Origin: Gemmatimonadales bacterium
GTDB lineage: Bacteria > Gemmatimonadota > Gemmatimonadetes > Gemmatimonadales > GWC2-71-9
Assembly: GCA_044867445.1 (NCBI GenBank)
Contig: JBIOUY010000300.1
Coordinates: 5,435 to 69,434 of the forward strand
Reading direction: 5' to 3'
DNA length: 64,000 bases
The position numbers and the translations under genes were made by a program. The notes beneath the pieces are model-generated. The model was not told where the DNA came from and made no database searches. It saw nothing but the letters and a program-made list of their open reading frames with translations. Each line of letters starts with the position of its first letter. Within the stretch, counting starts at the first letter, position 1. Below are positions 1-9,427 of this stretch, piece by piece.

Positions 1-449
1 GTTGCCGGCTTGAGCTCGAGCTCGCTCGCGGCCGCCGCGAGTACTCGTGCCGCCACCGGCACGAGGAGATAGCCGGCACGGGTAGCGGTGGGAACGTCGA
101 AGCGGCGGTGCGTGGTGGGGCGACCTCGCCGGAGGTCGTCGTTGTCCATGCAGGGGAGATCGTCGTGCACCAGCGAATAGGTGTGAACCGTCTCGACCGC
201 TGCGGCCACACCTGCGATCCCGGTCGCCCGGCCGCCCACCGCACGGTAGCAGGAGATCACCAGTGCGGCACGGACCCGTTTTCCCGGCGTGCGCAGGGCG
301 TAGGCCAGCGCCTCGCCCTGCTTCGCTCCCAACTCCTTCTGTAACCTGCCGGCCCACTGGTCCAGGAGTTGGTCGATCTGCTCACGCGCCTCGGATAAGA
401 GCTCGGTCGCCGCCGCTGGGCCTGCCCTGGAAGGGGCGGCTTCAGCCAT
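1..449 (-). CDS. ispA: polyprenyl (farnesyl/geranylgeranyl) diphosphate synthase, C-terminus cut by window edge
   Basis: Not in ORF track because it runs off the window. My minus-strand translation from ATG at 449 gives MAEAAPSRAG...YSLVHDDLPCMDNDDLRRGRPTTH, the first Asp-rich motif of trans-prenyltransferases. The start overlaps the xseB stop (ATGGCTGA). xseB-ispA is the classic order. Confidence 0.85.
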   Translation of the reverse strand, partial: MAEAAPSRAGPAAATELLSEAREQIDQLLDQWAGRLQKELGAKQGEALAYALRTPGKRVRAALVISCYRAVGGRATGIAGVAAAVETVHTYSLVHDDLPCMDNDDLRRGRPTTHRRFDVPTATRAGYLLVPVAARVLAAAASELELKPA

Positions 450-657
450 CGAGATCGGCGAGCCGGAGATCGCCAGCCTCCTCGAGCACCGCCTGGACCT
501 TGAGGGTAGCCTGGGTCAGCCGGTCGCGCGCCGCGCGCAGGCGCACCACGCCCTCCTCAAAGAGAGCGAGCGCGGCGTCGAGCTCGACTTCGTCCGCCTC
601 CAGCTTGCGGACGATCTCCTCGAGCCGGGTCAGGTCATCGGCAATGGATGCTGTCAT
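442..657 (-). CDS. xseB: exodeoxyribonuclease VII small subunit
   Basis: 71-aa helical protein (LEEIVRKLE...LALFEEGVRL) directly downstream of xseA. Confidence 0.9.
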   Translation of the reverse strand: MTASIADDLTRLEEIVRKLEADEVELDAALALFEEGVVRLRAARDRLTQATLKVQAVLEEAGDLRLADLDG

Positions 658-660
658 GGG

Positions 661-1812
661 CTACTCCACCCTGGCGCGGACGTCGCCGTCCGTCACCCGC
701 AAACGGAAAGATGCGCCGCTCACAAAATCGGAGCGACGCTTGAGGATTCTGCCATCGGGCGCCACGGGGACGGCATAGCCGCGGTCCAGGATCCGGAGCG
801 GGCTCAAGGCATCCAACTGCGCGGCCAGCCGGTCGGCGGCCTCCCTGTGGCGCTCGAGCACGGCGCTCATGCTGCTTTCCAAGCGGTCGGTAGTCCGCCG
901 CAGCCGTTCCACTGCCAGCCTGGTGCGCCCAGTGAGCCCACCGGCGAGCCGAGCCGCGAGGTCATCCAGCTGGCGGAGCACCTCGCGGCGGTCGGCCAGG
1001 GCCAGCTCCGCGGCTGCAGATGGGGTAGCGGCTCGCAGGTCGGCGATCATGTCGGTGAGAGAAACATCGGTCTCGTGCCCGACCGCCGAAATGGTCGGAA
1101 CCCGCACCCGAGCCAAGGCTCGGCAAACCGTTTCGCTGTTGAATGCGGCCAGGTCCTCGCGAGCGCCGCCGCCTCGGCCCAGGATGCAGAGATCCACATT
1201 CGGGAGTCGGTTGACCAGCCCGAGCGCGTGGCTCAAGTCCCCCGCTGCTCCGCCGCCTTGTACCCGAGCGTCGAGCACCAACAGGGTAGCGCAGGGCCAA
1301 CGCTTCCGGCTCACGGTGACGATGTCGCGCAGCACCGCGCCGGCGGTGCTGGTGACAATGGCGATGGTGGAAGCGAACTGAGGGATCGGCCGCTTGCGGG
1401 ACGGATCGAAGAGGCCGTCTTGGTGCAGCGCCGCCTTGACTCGCTCCAGCTCCTGCTGTTGCCGGCCGATGGCTGCGGTTGGGATGAGGCGGTAGATGGT
1501 GAGCTGAAACTCGCCCTTGGCCTCGTAGATGGCAGGCCTGGCGAGCACGAAGACCTCGGTCCCGTCCTTGGGCGGGGACCCGGCACGCTCCGCCTCGCGC
1601 TTCCACATGCAGCAGCGGACCTGGCTCTTACGGTCTCGGAGATTGAAGTACCAGTGACCGCTGGGCCACACCTTGCATTGCCCGATCTCCCCCCGCACCC
1701 AGAGCGGCATGAACCCGTCATCCACCACCTGCTTGGCGGTGGAGATCAACTCGGTGACCGACCAAACCTCATCGGTGAGAGAGATGGGGGTTTGGGAGTA
1801 AGGAAGGGCCAT
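661..1812 (-). CDS. xseA: exodeoxyribonuclease VII large subunit
   Basis: 383 aa. N-terminal OB-fold region (VWVRGEIGQCKVWPSGHWYFNLRD) plus catalytic core (IVTSTAGAVLRDI, RGGGAREDL). Confidence 0.95.
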   Translation of the reverse strand: MALPYSQTPISLTDEVWSVTELISTAKQVVDDGFMPLWVRGEIGQCKVWPSGHWYFNLRDRKSQVRCCMWKREAERAGSPPKDGTEVFVLARPAIYEAKGEFQLTIYRLIPTAAIGRQQQELERVKAALHQDGLFDPSRKRPIPQFASTIAIVTSTAGAVLRDIVTVSRKRWPCATLLVLDARVQGGGAAGDLSHALGLVNRLPNVDLCILGRGGGAREDLAAFNSETVCRALARVRVPTISAVGHETDVSLTDMIADLRAATPSAAAELALADRREVLRQLDDLAARLAGGLTGRTRLAVERLRRTTDRLESSMSAVLERHREAADRLAAQLDALSPLRILDRGYAVPVAPDGRILKRRSDFVSGASFRLRVTDGDVRARVE

Positions 1813-1848
1813 GCTTTCTTATCAGCTCCTGACGTAACCTAGCTGCAT

Positions 1849-1987
1849 GACGGAGAGGACGGAGATGACGGAAGGCGGAGAGGACGCAAAGGAATAGCCT
1901 CAGTCACCGCCTCTGTCCTCGGCACCGGGGCGTCCCTGCAACCTCCCGTCTTCTCCGTCCTCTCCGCCCTCTCCGTCCTCTCGGTCC
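1849..1987. repeat. mirror tandem-repeat hairpin (GACGGAGAG-type 9-10-mers vs their reverse complement)
   Basis: Left arm is 1849-1893 and right arm is 1944-1987. The right arm abuts the folD stop codon (1988-1990). It lies in the folD-xseA junction. Confidence 0.8.
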
Positions 1988-2866
1988 TCACTGCTGCTCA
2001 AACGCCTGCAAAGTATTCCGCAGCAGCATCGCGATCGTCATCCTGCCGACGCCGCCAGGCACCGGGGTAATCGCCGATGCCACCTGCGATACCGGCTCGA
2101 ACGCCACATCTCCCACGAGCCGGTACCCCTTGGCCTGCGATGGGTCGTTAACCCGGTTGATCCCCACATCGACCACCACCGCTCCGTGCCGGACCATGTC
2201 CGCGGTGACGAACTCGGCCTTCCCCATCGCCACGATGAGCAGGTCGGCGCTCCGGCACACCGCCGGCAGGTCGCGCGACTTAGAATGGCACACGGTGACC
2301 GTTGCGTCTCCCCCGCGGCCGTGCTGGATCAGCAGGTTGGCCATGGGTTTGCCCACGATATTGGACCGCCCCACGATGACGGTGTTGCTTCCCTTCGGAT
2401 CGATGCCCGAGCGGAGCAGCATCTCCTGCACCCCGAACGGCGTGGCCGGCTTGAGTGCGGTTGGATCGCCAATGACCAGCTTCCCGACATTGACCGGGTG
2501 AAACCCGTCTACGTCCTTCCGAGGATCGATCCGGTTCAGCACTCGCTCGCTATTGATATGGCCCGGCAGCGGCAACTGGACCAGGAAGCCGTGGATCCGC
2601 GGGTCGGCATTCAGCCGATCCACCGTCGTCAGGAGCTCGGCTTCGGTGGTGTATTCCGGGAGGCGAACGGTCTCGGAGTACATGCCCGCTTCGGCGCACG
2701 CCTTCCCTTTGGCCTTCACGTAGACCTGGCTAGCTGGATTCTCTCCCACGATGACGACGGCGAGCCCTGGCTGCCGACCCGCTGCCCGGTGACGCTCGAC
2801 CGCTTGAGCAACTTCCGCGCGGATCGCGTCGGCAATGGGCGCTCCGTCGAGAATCTTCGCAGTCAT
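1988..2866 (-). CDS. folD: bifunctional methylenetetrahydrofolate dehydrogenase/methenyl-THF cyclohydrolase
   Basis: 292 aa with typical FolD motifs ([44 protein letters not shown]). Confidence 0.97.
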   Translation of the reverse strand: MTAKILDGAPIADAIRAEVAQAVERHRAAGRQPGLAVVIVGENPASQVYVKAKGKACAEAGMYSETVRLPEYTTEAELLTTVDRLNADPRIHGFLVQLPLPGHINSERVLNRIDPRKDVDGFHPVNVGKLVIGDPTALKPATPFGVQEMLLRSGIDPKGSNTVIVGRSNIVGKPMANLLIQHGRGGDATVTVCHSKSRDLPAVCRSADLLIVAMGKAEFVTADMVRHGAVVVDVGINRVNDPSQAKGYRLVGDVAFEPVSQVASAITPVPGGVGRMTIAMLLRNTLQAFEQQ

Positions 2867-4452
2867 CGGGCATAGCCCACGGCTCTGGTCTCCCGAATCA
2901 CCACCACTTTGATCTGCCCCGGGTACTGCAGCTCGTTTTCGATCTTGCGGGCGATGGTCTCGGAAAGCTGGGCCGCAGCGGTGTCGTCGATCCGCTCCGG
3001 CGTCACCACCACTCGCACTTCCCGTCCCGCCTGGATCACGTTGCTCTTTTCCACGCCGGGGAAGGCATTGGCAATCTCCTCCAGCCGGGTGAGCCGCTTC
3101 ACGTAGGTCTCGAACGCCTCCCGCCGAGCACCGGGCCTCGAACCGCTGATTGCGTCGGCGGCCTGGACCAGCACCGACTCGGCGCTCTCGTGGGGCACGT
3201 CGTCGTGGTGGGCCTGGATGCAGTTGATTACCGCCGCGCTCTCGCCAAAACGACGAGCCACCTCGACGCCAAGCTCGACGTGGGTGCCCTCGTTGTCGTG
3301 GGTCAGCACCTTGCCGATATCGTGGAGCAGCCCGCCCCGCTTGGCCAAGGCCACGTCGAGGTGCAGCTCGGCGGCCATGATCCCGGCCAGCCAGGCGACT
3401 TCCTTCGAGTGATCGTAGATGTTCTGCCCGTACGAGGTCCGGTACTTCATCCGCCCGACCAGCTTGATCAGCTCGGGGTGGAGGCCGTGAATCCCGGCGT
3501 CGTAAGCCGCCTGCTCTCCCAGCTCGGCCAGCTGCGCCTCGAGCTCCTGCTGCACCTTGGCGACGATCTCCTCGATTCTCCCAGGATGAATCCGGCCGTC
3601 CTGGATCAGCGCCTCCAGCGCGCGGCGAGCCACCTCGCGACGAATGGGATCGAAGCAGGACACAATCACCGTGTCCGGGGTGTCGTCGATGATCACGTCC
3701 ACCCCGGTCGCGGTCTCGAAGGCTCGGATGTTTCGCCCCTCGCGCCCGATGATCCGCCCCTTCATTTCATCGCTCGGGAGAGCAACGGCGGCCACGGTGC
3801 TCTCGGCGGTGTGCTCCGCCGCCAGCCGCTGGATGGCGATCGAGATGATCCGGCGGGCGTCCCGGTCGGCACTGCGCTTGGCCTGCTCCTTGATGTCACG
3901 CACCAAGGCGGCGGCCTGCCCCCGCGCCTCGTCCTCTACCCGCTGTAGGATCTCCCGTCGCGCGTCCTCCGCGGTGAGGCCGGCGATGCGCTCCAGCTTC
4001 TTGCGCTGCTCCTGCGCCATCCGGTCGGCCTCGCCTTCACGAGCTCGGAGGCTCAGCTCCCGTTGCGCCAGTGCCTCCTCCCGTTTACTCAAGCCGCGCT
4101 CGCGGCCATCCACCTCCTCGATCTTCCGCTCGTGGGCGCGGGTTCGCTCATCCGCCCGGCGCTCCAGCCGTTCCCACTCCTCACGTCGGCGCTGGATCTC
4201 CCGGTCCAGGTCTTCCCGTAGCTTGAGAGTTTCCATCTTGGCGCCAAGCAGGACTTCAGACCGGACGGCTTCGGCCTCCCGGGTCGATTCGGCACGGATT
4301 CGCTCGGCCTCGTTCCGAGCAGCAGCGAGCACGCTGTTGGCCGCACGACGCTGGGCTCTGGTGTAGAGCAGGATGAACACCAGGGCGACACCGAATCCGG
4401 CGGCGACCCCGGCGAGAAGGGGAACGAGGAGGGTCTGGAGTACCGGAGGCAT
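2863..4452 (-). CDS. rny: ribonuclease Y
   Basis: 529 aa. N-terminal TM helix, long coiled coil, KH domain ([15 protein letters not shown]), HD domain (LLHDIGK...HH). ATGA overlap with folD. Confidence 0.95.
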   Translation of the reverse strand: MPPVLQTLLVPLLAGVAAGFGVALVFILLYTRAQRRAANSVLAAARNEAERIRAESTREAEAVRSEVLLGAKMETLKLREDLDREIQRRREEWERLERRADERTRAHERKIEEVDGRERGLSKREEALAQRELSLRAREGEADRMAQEQRKKLERIAGLTAEDARREILQRVEDEARGQAAALVRDIKEQAKRSADRDARRIISIAIQRLAAEHTAESTVAAVALPSDEMKGRIIGREGRNIRAFETATGVDVIIDDTPDTVIVSCFDPIRREVARRALEALIQDGRIHPGRIEEIVAKVQQELEAQLAELGEQAAYDAGIHGLHPELIKLVGRMKYRTSYGQNIYDHSKEVAWLAGIMAAELHLDVALAKRGGLLHDIGKVLTHDNEGTHVELGVEVARRFGESAAVINCIQAHHDDVPHESAESVLVQAADAISGSRPGARREAFETYVKRLTRLEEIANAFPGVEKSNVIQAGREVRVVVTPERIDDTAAAQLSETIARKIENELQYPGQIKVVVIRETRAVGYAR

Positions 4453-4457
4453 GTCCG

Positions 4458-4769
4458 TTACGTCGTGGCGGCTCGGCTCCCCCGCTTGGCGGGGGGGAGA
4501 ACCCGCGCGAGCTGATCCGCCATGGAAGAGAGCCGGCCGGCGAGCTCACGATCGCCCCGGCGCGCCTGAAATAGCTCGTCGGTAATGGCGAGCCCGGCGA
4601 GGATCGCCGCCTTGTGAGCCTCGACCGTGGGGAGGCCGTCCCGTACCCGCTTGAGCGCCGCATCGAGGTAGGCGGCGACCTCACGAGTGTATTCCGGGGG
4701 CAACTCGGACCGGACGGTAAATTCCTCACCGCCGATGGTCACACGAACCGCATTCTTCGCTGTGGTCAC
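4458..4769 (-). CDS. zapA: cell division protein ZapA
   Basis: 103 aa. [15 protein letters not shown]...[12 protein letters not shown] is a typical ZapA fold signature. Confidence 0.85.
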   Translation of the reverse strand: MTTAKNAVRVTIGGEEFTVRSELPPEYTREVAAYLDAALKRVRDGLPTVEAHKAAILAGLAITDELFQARRGDRELAGRLSSMADQLARVLPPAKRGSRAATT

Positions 4770-5083
4770 GCGGCGTTTCCTCCACCATGCTGCTCCAGGA
4801 ACGAGAGCCGAGCCGCGAGTACCCGCAAACGATCACGGGCAGCGTCGATGCGTTGGCGCAGCGCCTGATTCTCGGTTTCCAGCTCCACCACGCGCTGGCG
4901 GGCCTCCTTGACCTGAGGTCCTGCCAGCACCCCACCGCTGGCCCGGGCCTCCTGCAGCTCGGCCTCGGCCCGGAGAGTTCGCCGGCGCCAACCCGCCAAC
5001 TCGTCGAAGACATGCTGGAGCAACTGCTCCATATCGCCCAGCGCCTTCATGTCTGGGCGCTCGTATGTATATGGCACGGTCAT
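4766..5083 (-). CDS. small coiled-coil protein (ZapB-like?), function unknown
   Basis: 105 aa with heptad-rich sequence (ELETENQALRQRIDAARDRL). Translationally coupled to both pheT and zapA by 4-nt overlaps. Confidence 0.55.
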   Translation of the reverse strand: MTVPYTYERPDMKALGDMEQLLQHVFDELAGWRRRTLRAEAELQEARASGGVLAGPQVKEARQRVVELETENQALRQRIDAARDRLRVLAARLSFLEQHGGGNAA

Positions 5084-7488
5084 CCTCCGCCACGGTTCCC
5101 TGCGTCACGTCGCCGAATCCCCAGCTCGCCCGAGAGCGCGGCGAGGAGACGGGTCTCGACCTCGTCCACCTCAGTGTCGCGCAGCGTCCGGTCCGGTGCC
5201 CGGAAGGTGAGCCGGAAGGCGACACTGCGGATGCCGGCCGGTAGCTCGGCTCCGCGGTAGTCGCTCTCGATGTCCGTCCGCTGCAACAGCGGCGCGCCGA
5301 CCCGGTGCAGGAGATTCTCGACCTCTTCCGCGGCGACGCCCTGGGGAAGCAGCAAAGCCAGCACCCGCTCAGACGAAGGCGTCGAGGGCAGAGGCGCGAA
5401 GCGGTTCGGACGTCGAGGGGTCGGATCGAGCAGCAGCTCGAACCCGAAGAGCGGTGCCGCCCAAGGAGGAGCGTCAGCCGCGAGGGGTCCGGCCTCCCCG
5501 ACCACGCGACCGTCGGGATCCCGGGCAACCCACGCATTCTCCTCAACTTGTAGCACGGCGCTCGGAATCGCCAGTGCGATGGCGGCCTCGAACCTGCCCC
5601 TCAGGTCCCAGAGATCGAAGTGGGCTTCGCCGCTCCCAGTCCAATGCGCCGGCTCGCGCCGGCCGGTGATCACCCCCGCGACCCGACGCTCCTCGGTCGG
5701 TCGCTGGCCGGCGGGGGCGGCGGAGAAGGTGGTCCCGATCTCGAACAATCGTACGTCCGACACGTGGTTGGCCCAGTTCGCCTCCACCAGTCGCACCAGT
5801 CCCGGAAGCAGGCGCCGCCGGAGATACCCATTCTCCGCAGAGAGCGGGTTGAGCAAGCGAACGCTGGCCTCCCCGTCGGGTGGCGCGAGCGGCAGGCTCG
5901 CTACTTCGAAGAGTCCCTGCTCGACCAGCCCGCGCCGCACACTCGAGCTCACCTGCTCGACTTCGGCCTCTCCCAGGTTACCCAGGCGGAACGGCCGCAG
6001 GTCAGAGGGGAAGTTGTCGTACCCGTGAATCCGAGCGATCTCCTCGATCAGGTCGATTTCGCGGACCAGATCGGGACGCCAGCCCGGCACGTCCACAGCG
6101 ATGCGGCCGTCCTCTGGTTTGGAAACCACGACGGCTCCGATGACGGTGAGATGCTGCTCAATCACTTGCCAGGGGAGCTCGAGGCCGAGAACCTGGGCGA
6201 CGCGGGACGGGCGCAGGAAGATCCGTGGCGGGTTGGACGGCACCGGCCAGAGATCGAGGGGCGCGTCGGCCAGTTCACCCCCCGCGGTGGCCAGGATGAT
6301 CTCGACACAGCGGCGCATGGCATCGGCTCCACTCCATCGGTCGATGCCTCGCTCGAAGCGGTAGCTCGCCTCGGTGTTCATTCCCAGTGCGCGCCGGGTG
6401 CTGCGGATCCGGGTCGGGTTCCAATAGGCGCCTTCGAGCAGGACGTCGCGAGTCTGGTGACTCACCTCGGTATTCGCGCCGCCCATGACGCCGGCCAAAC
6501 CGATCACTCCGTCAGCGTCAGCGATCGCGATCATCTCCGGGGTGAGCGCCCGTTCCACATCATCCAGTGTCGTGAGCCGCTCACCGGCATGTGCCCGGCG
6601 CACGATGAGCGTCGCGCCACGCAGGAGCGCCGCGTCGTAGGCATGCATCGGCTGATTCAGCTCGAGCATGACGTAGTTGGTAGCGTCGACCACGTTGTTG
6701 ATGGACCGCACGCCGACCGACTCTAGCCGTCGCCGGAGCCACTCGGGTGAGGGGCCGACGGTCGCTCCGCGAACCAGGGCAGCATGGAAGCGGGGACAGG
6801 AATCGGGATCTTCGATGCTCAGGCGAATCGAACCGACCGAGCCGCTGTCGCCGGCCCGACGAGGAGCCGGGACATCGACGCGCTCCCCACCAGGGATGAG
6901 CGGGAGTCGAAACTGGGTTTGATACGAGGCTGCGAGCTCCCGGGAGATGCCCTTGTGGCAGAGGAGATCGGGACGGTTTGGGCCAACGTCCACCACGAGA
7001 CGGTTATCGCTGATGGGGAGGACCTGCAGCAGCGGCGTGCCCGGTGCGGCATCGGTCTCGAGCTCCAAGATTCCTTCGCTTTCCTCTGACAGATTGAGCT
7101 CGGCCGGCGAGCAGAGCATGCCATGGCTGGTGACACCGCCAATGGCGCGCTTGCCGATCTCGATCGGGCCCTTCTTGCCTCCGGGCAGCCTGGTGCCGAC
7201 CCGCGCAAAGGGATAGAGCTTGCCCGCGGTCACGTTGGATGCTCCGCAGGCGACGGCCTTGGGCTCACCGGTCCCGTCGTCGACTAGAGTCATCCGGACC
7301 TTGGTGAACTTGGGATTGGGATGGGCCGAGACCTCCAGGACCCGGGCCACCACAATGTGCTCGAGGCCCGGATTCACCGGCTCGACGGCATCCACCGGGG
7401 CACCGAGCATGGCGAGCCGCTGGCTCACGTCCCTGGGATCGAGCGGACGGCGAAGAAAATCTCGGAGCCAATTCAGGGAGATGTTCAT
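5080..7488 (-). CDS. pheT: phenylalanine--tRNA ligase beta subunit
   Basis: 802 aa. tRNA-binding OB domain at the N-terminus, B3/4, B5 and FDX-ACB regions are recognisable. Confidence 0.97.
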   Translation of the reverse strand: MNISLNWLRDFLRRPLDPRDVSQRLAMLGAPVDAVEPVNPGLEHIVVARVLEVSAHPNPKFTKVRMTLVDDGTGEPKAVACGASNVTAGKLYPFARVGTRLPGGKKGPIEIGKRAIGGVTSHGMLCSPAELNLSEESEGILELETDAAPGTPLLQVLPISDNRLVVDVGPNRPDLLCHKGISRELAASYQTQFRLPLIPGGERVDVPAPRRAGDSGSVGSIRLSIEDPDSCPRFHAALVRGATVGPSPEWLRRRLESVGVRSINNVVDATNYVMLELNQPMHAYDAALLRGATLIVRRAHAGERLTTLDDVERALTPEMIAIADADGVIGLAGVMGGANTEVSHQTRDVLLEGAYWNPTRIRSTRRALGMNTEASYRFERGIDRWSGADAMRRCVEIILATAGGELADAPLDLWPVPSNPPRIFLRPSRVAQVLGLELPWQVIEQHLTVIGAVVVSKPEDGRIAVDVPGWRPDLVREIDLIEEIARIHGYDNFPSDLRPFRLGNLGEAEVEQVSSSVRRGLVEQGLFEVASLPLAPPDGEASVRLLNPLSAENGYLRRRLLPGLVRLVEANWANHVSDVRLFEIGTTFSAAPAGQRPTEERRVAGVITGRREPAHWTGSGEAHFDLWDLRGRFEAAIALAIPSAVLQVEENAWVARDPDGRVVGEAGPLAADAPPWAAPLFGFELLLDPTPRRPNRFAPLPSTPSSERVLALLLPQGVAAEEVENLLHRVGAPLLQRTDIESDYRGAELPAGIRSVAFRLTFRAPDRTLRDTEVDEVETRLLAALSGELGIRRRDAGNRGGG

Positions 7489-7491
7489 CTA

Positions 7492-7526
7492 GTCGCGGGT
7501 CGCGGGTCACGGGTCACGGGTCGCAC
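7492..7526. repeat. 5 x 7-bp tandem repeat (GTCGCGG/GTCACGG) immediately upstream of pheT start
   Basis: Units read directly: gtcgcgg gtcgcgg gtcacgg gtcacgg gtcgcac. They end 3 nt from the pheT ATG (7488). No obvious SD lies in between. Confidence 0.85.
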
Positions 7527-7553
7527 GTGCTTCCTGGTTCTCACAATGCTCCT

Positions 7554-7621
7554 CATCCTGAGCACAGCGAAGGATCTACTTACGTGGCAGCAACACCGGA
7601 TCCCTCGCGTAGCTCGGGATG
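7554..7621. repeat. two inverted copies of a 23-nt hairpin motif (CATCCYGAGCnnnGCGARGGATC)
   Basis: 7554-7576 is catcctgagcacagcgaaggatc and 7599-7621 is gatccctcgcgtagctcgggatg. As reverse complements they match 18/23, and 3 of the mismatches fall in the loop. Located in the pheS-pheT spacer. Confidence 0.8.
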
Positions 7622-7645
7622 AGAAATACGATGCTTTCACCATGC

Positions 7646-8713
7646 TCATGCCTTTCTGCCCTGCGCAAACTGTTCCAAAAACCGCATGTCACCCTCGAGC
7701 AGCAGCCGGATGTCAGGAATGCCATAGCGCAGCATGGCGATCCGATGGGGTCCCATGCCGAAGGCCCACCCGGTGTAGCGCTCCGAGTCGAGGTCGCAGT
7801 TCTCCAGCACCGCAGGGTGCACCATGCCGCAGCCCAGAATCTCCATCCACCCCGTGCCTTTGCAGGCTGAGCAGCCGGTGCCACCGCAGAGCTGGCACTC
7901 GACATCCATCTCCGCCGAGGGCTCGGTGAATGGGAAGAACGACGGCCGGAACCGGGTCTGGGTGGTGGGCGTGAAGAACCGGTGGGCGAAGTGAATCAGG
8001 GTAGCCTTGAGGTCTACAAAGGAGATCCCTTCGTCCACCGCCAGGCCCTCGATCTGAGTGAAGGCGGGGGAATGCGATGCATCGAAGGCATCGTTCCGAT
8101 AGGACATCCCCGGAATAACGACCCGCACTGGTGGAGGCGCTGACTGCATCGCCCGGATCTGCACCGGAGATGTATGGGTACGCAGCAGCAGCCGGCCGCC
8201 GGGCTCTCCCTCCACCGCTGGCGCATCGACATACAACGTGTCGTGCATGTCCATCGCCGGGTGGTTGGGTGGAAAGTTGAGCGCGAGGAAGTTATACCAC
8301 TCGGTTTCGACCTCGGGCCCCACCGCCACGGTGAAGCCGATCCCGCGGAAGATCTCGACGACCTCGTCGATCACTTTGGTGACCGGATGCTCCGCGCCTA
8401 CCCAGCGCCGGCGGCCGGGCATGGTGAGATCCTGCTCGAGCGCGAGAGAGGCGCCGGCGGACGCTTCGAGTTTCCTCTGCTCGACCAGAATTGCATCCGC
8501 CCGGATTCTCAACTCGTTGAGCTTCGCACCGTAGGTGCGGCGCTCTTCAAGTGGGAGGGTGGCCAGTGCCTTGAGCTTGGTGGTGATCACGCCACTCTTA
8601 CGACCAACCAGTGCGATGCCCTCCTCTTCCAGGGCCTTTCCACGTAGGGTCGCCAAGCGGTCGATTCGCGCCGCGATCTCGTCGAGGTCGGGATATCCGG
8701 TCCTTGGGGTCAT
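7646..8713 (-). CDS. pheS: phenylalanine--tRNA ligase alpha subunit
   Basis: Class II aaRS motifs (RTHTSPVQIR, FRPSFFPFTEPS, GWAFGMG). I place the start at ATG 8713 (MTPRTGYPDLDE). The ORF-track extension to 8791 translates a repeat motif. Confidence 0.93.
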   Translation of the reverse strand: MTPRTGYPDLDEIAARIDRLATLRGKALEEEGIALVGRKSGVITTKLKALATLPLEERRTYGAKLNELRIRADAILVEQRKLEASAGASLALEQDLTMPGRRRWVGAEHPVTKVIDEVVEIFRGIGFTVAVGPEVETEWYNFLALNFPPNHPAMDMHDTLYVDAPAVEGEPGGRLLLRTHTSPVQIRAMQSAPPPVRVVIPGMSYRNDAFDASHSPAFTQIEGLAVDEGISFVDLKATLIHFAHRFFTPTTQTRFRPSFFPFTEPSAEMDVECQLCGGTGCSACKGTGWMEILGCGMVHPAVLENCDLDSERYTGWAFGMGPHRIAMLRYGIPDIRLLLEGDMRFLEQFAQGRKA

Positions 8714-8727
8714 ACGCGTCCAGGCAA

Positions 8728-8750
8728 GATCCCTCGCTTCGCTCGGGATG
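8728..8750. repeat. third copy of the 23-nt hairpin motif, in pheS leader
   Basis: gatccctcgcttcgctcgggatg. On the mRNA strand it reads AUCCC-GA-GC-GAA-GC-GA-GGGAU. Confidence 0.75.
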
Positions 8751-8792
8751 AGGTGCGGAAACCAGTACGACGTTGGGGTCTCATGCGTCAAA

Positions 8793-8821
8793 GGGGCCGC
8801 CCGCCGAGCGCGAACGGCCCC
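8793..8821 (-). terminator. candidate intrinsic terminator after rplT
   Basis: Minus strand shows a GGGGCCG - 15-nt loop - CGGCCCC stem followed by only TTT. The short U-run makes it weak. Confidence 0.35.
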
Positions 8822-8852
8822 ATTCGGGCGACTACGTTTGGGCGCGGGCGCG

Positions 8853-9206
8853 CTATTGGTTGCTCTTCGCCACCTCGGCGAGTCGGCCGAAGGCGTCCTG
8901 ATCGCGCACGGCGAGATCAGCCAGCAGCTTTCGATTGATCTCGACGCCGCCCTTCCTCAGGCCCGCGACCAGGCGGCTGTAGCTCAGGCCATGGATGCGC
9001 GCGGCGGCGTTGATCCGGGTGATCCACAAGGCGCGAAACTCGGACTTCTTTTTCCGGCGGTCGCGATACGCGTACCGCATGGCGCGCTCGGCCGTTTCCT
9101 TGGCCGCCTTGTAGAGCTTGCTCCGGCCGCCACGGGCACCCTTGGCGGCGTGCATGATCTTCTTCTTCCGAGCGTGGTGGGCGACGCCGTTCTTTACGCG
9201 AGGCAT
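8853..9206 (-). CDS. rplT: 50S ribosomal protein L20
   Basis: 117 aa, [17 protein letters not shown]...YRDRRKKK. Confidence 0.97.
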   Translation of the reverse strand: MPRVKNGVAHHARKKKIMHAAKGARGGRSKLYKAAKETAERAMRYAYRDRRKKKSEFRALWITRINAAARIHGLSYSRLVAGLRKGGVEINRKLLADLAVRDQDAFGRLAEVAKSNQ

Positions 9207-9216
9207 GGGTTCGTCC

Positions 9217-9411
9217 TTACGCCTGGAGGAGACGGTTCACGCGGGGGAAGTCGGCCGAACTCACCAGATCGCCTTTCTTGAGCCGGTTCTTCCGCTTGCG
9301 TGTCTTCTTGGTCAGGATGTGGCTGTGGTTGGCGTGCCAACGCTTCAGCTTTCCCGTTCCGGTCTTCTTGAACCGCTTCATCGCGGCGCGTTTGGTTTTC
9401 TGCTTCGGCAT
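9217..9411 (-). CDS. rpmI: 50S ribosomal protein L35
   Basis: 64 aa, [24 protein letters not shown]. Confidence 0.97.
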   Translation of the reverse strand: MPKQKTKRAAMKRFKKTGTGKLKRWHANHSHILTKKTRKRKNRLKKGDLVSSADFPRVNRLLQA

Positions 9412-9427
9412 CGCTTCTCCACTGTGT

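Noticed and set aside
847-1842. Long opposite-strand or alternative-frame ORFs throughout the track. Examples are 847-1842(+), 5620-6726(+), 11182-12258(+), 12672-13955(+), 22032-23414(+), 27822-28904(+), 34099-35439(+), 44063-45184(-), 52028-53113(+) and 19137-20288(-).
   Set aside because: They are shadow ORFs typical of high-GC DNA. They are Arg/Ala/Pro/Gly-rich with no motifs, and each fully overlaps a gene that has clear family signatures on the other strand or frame.
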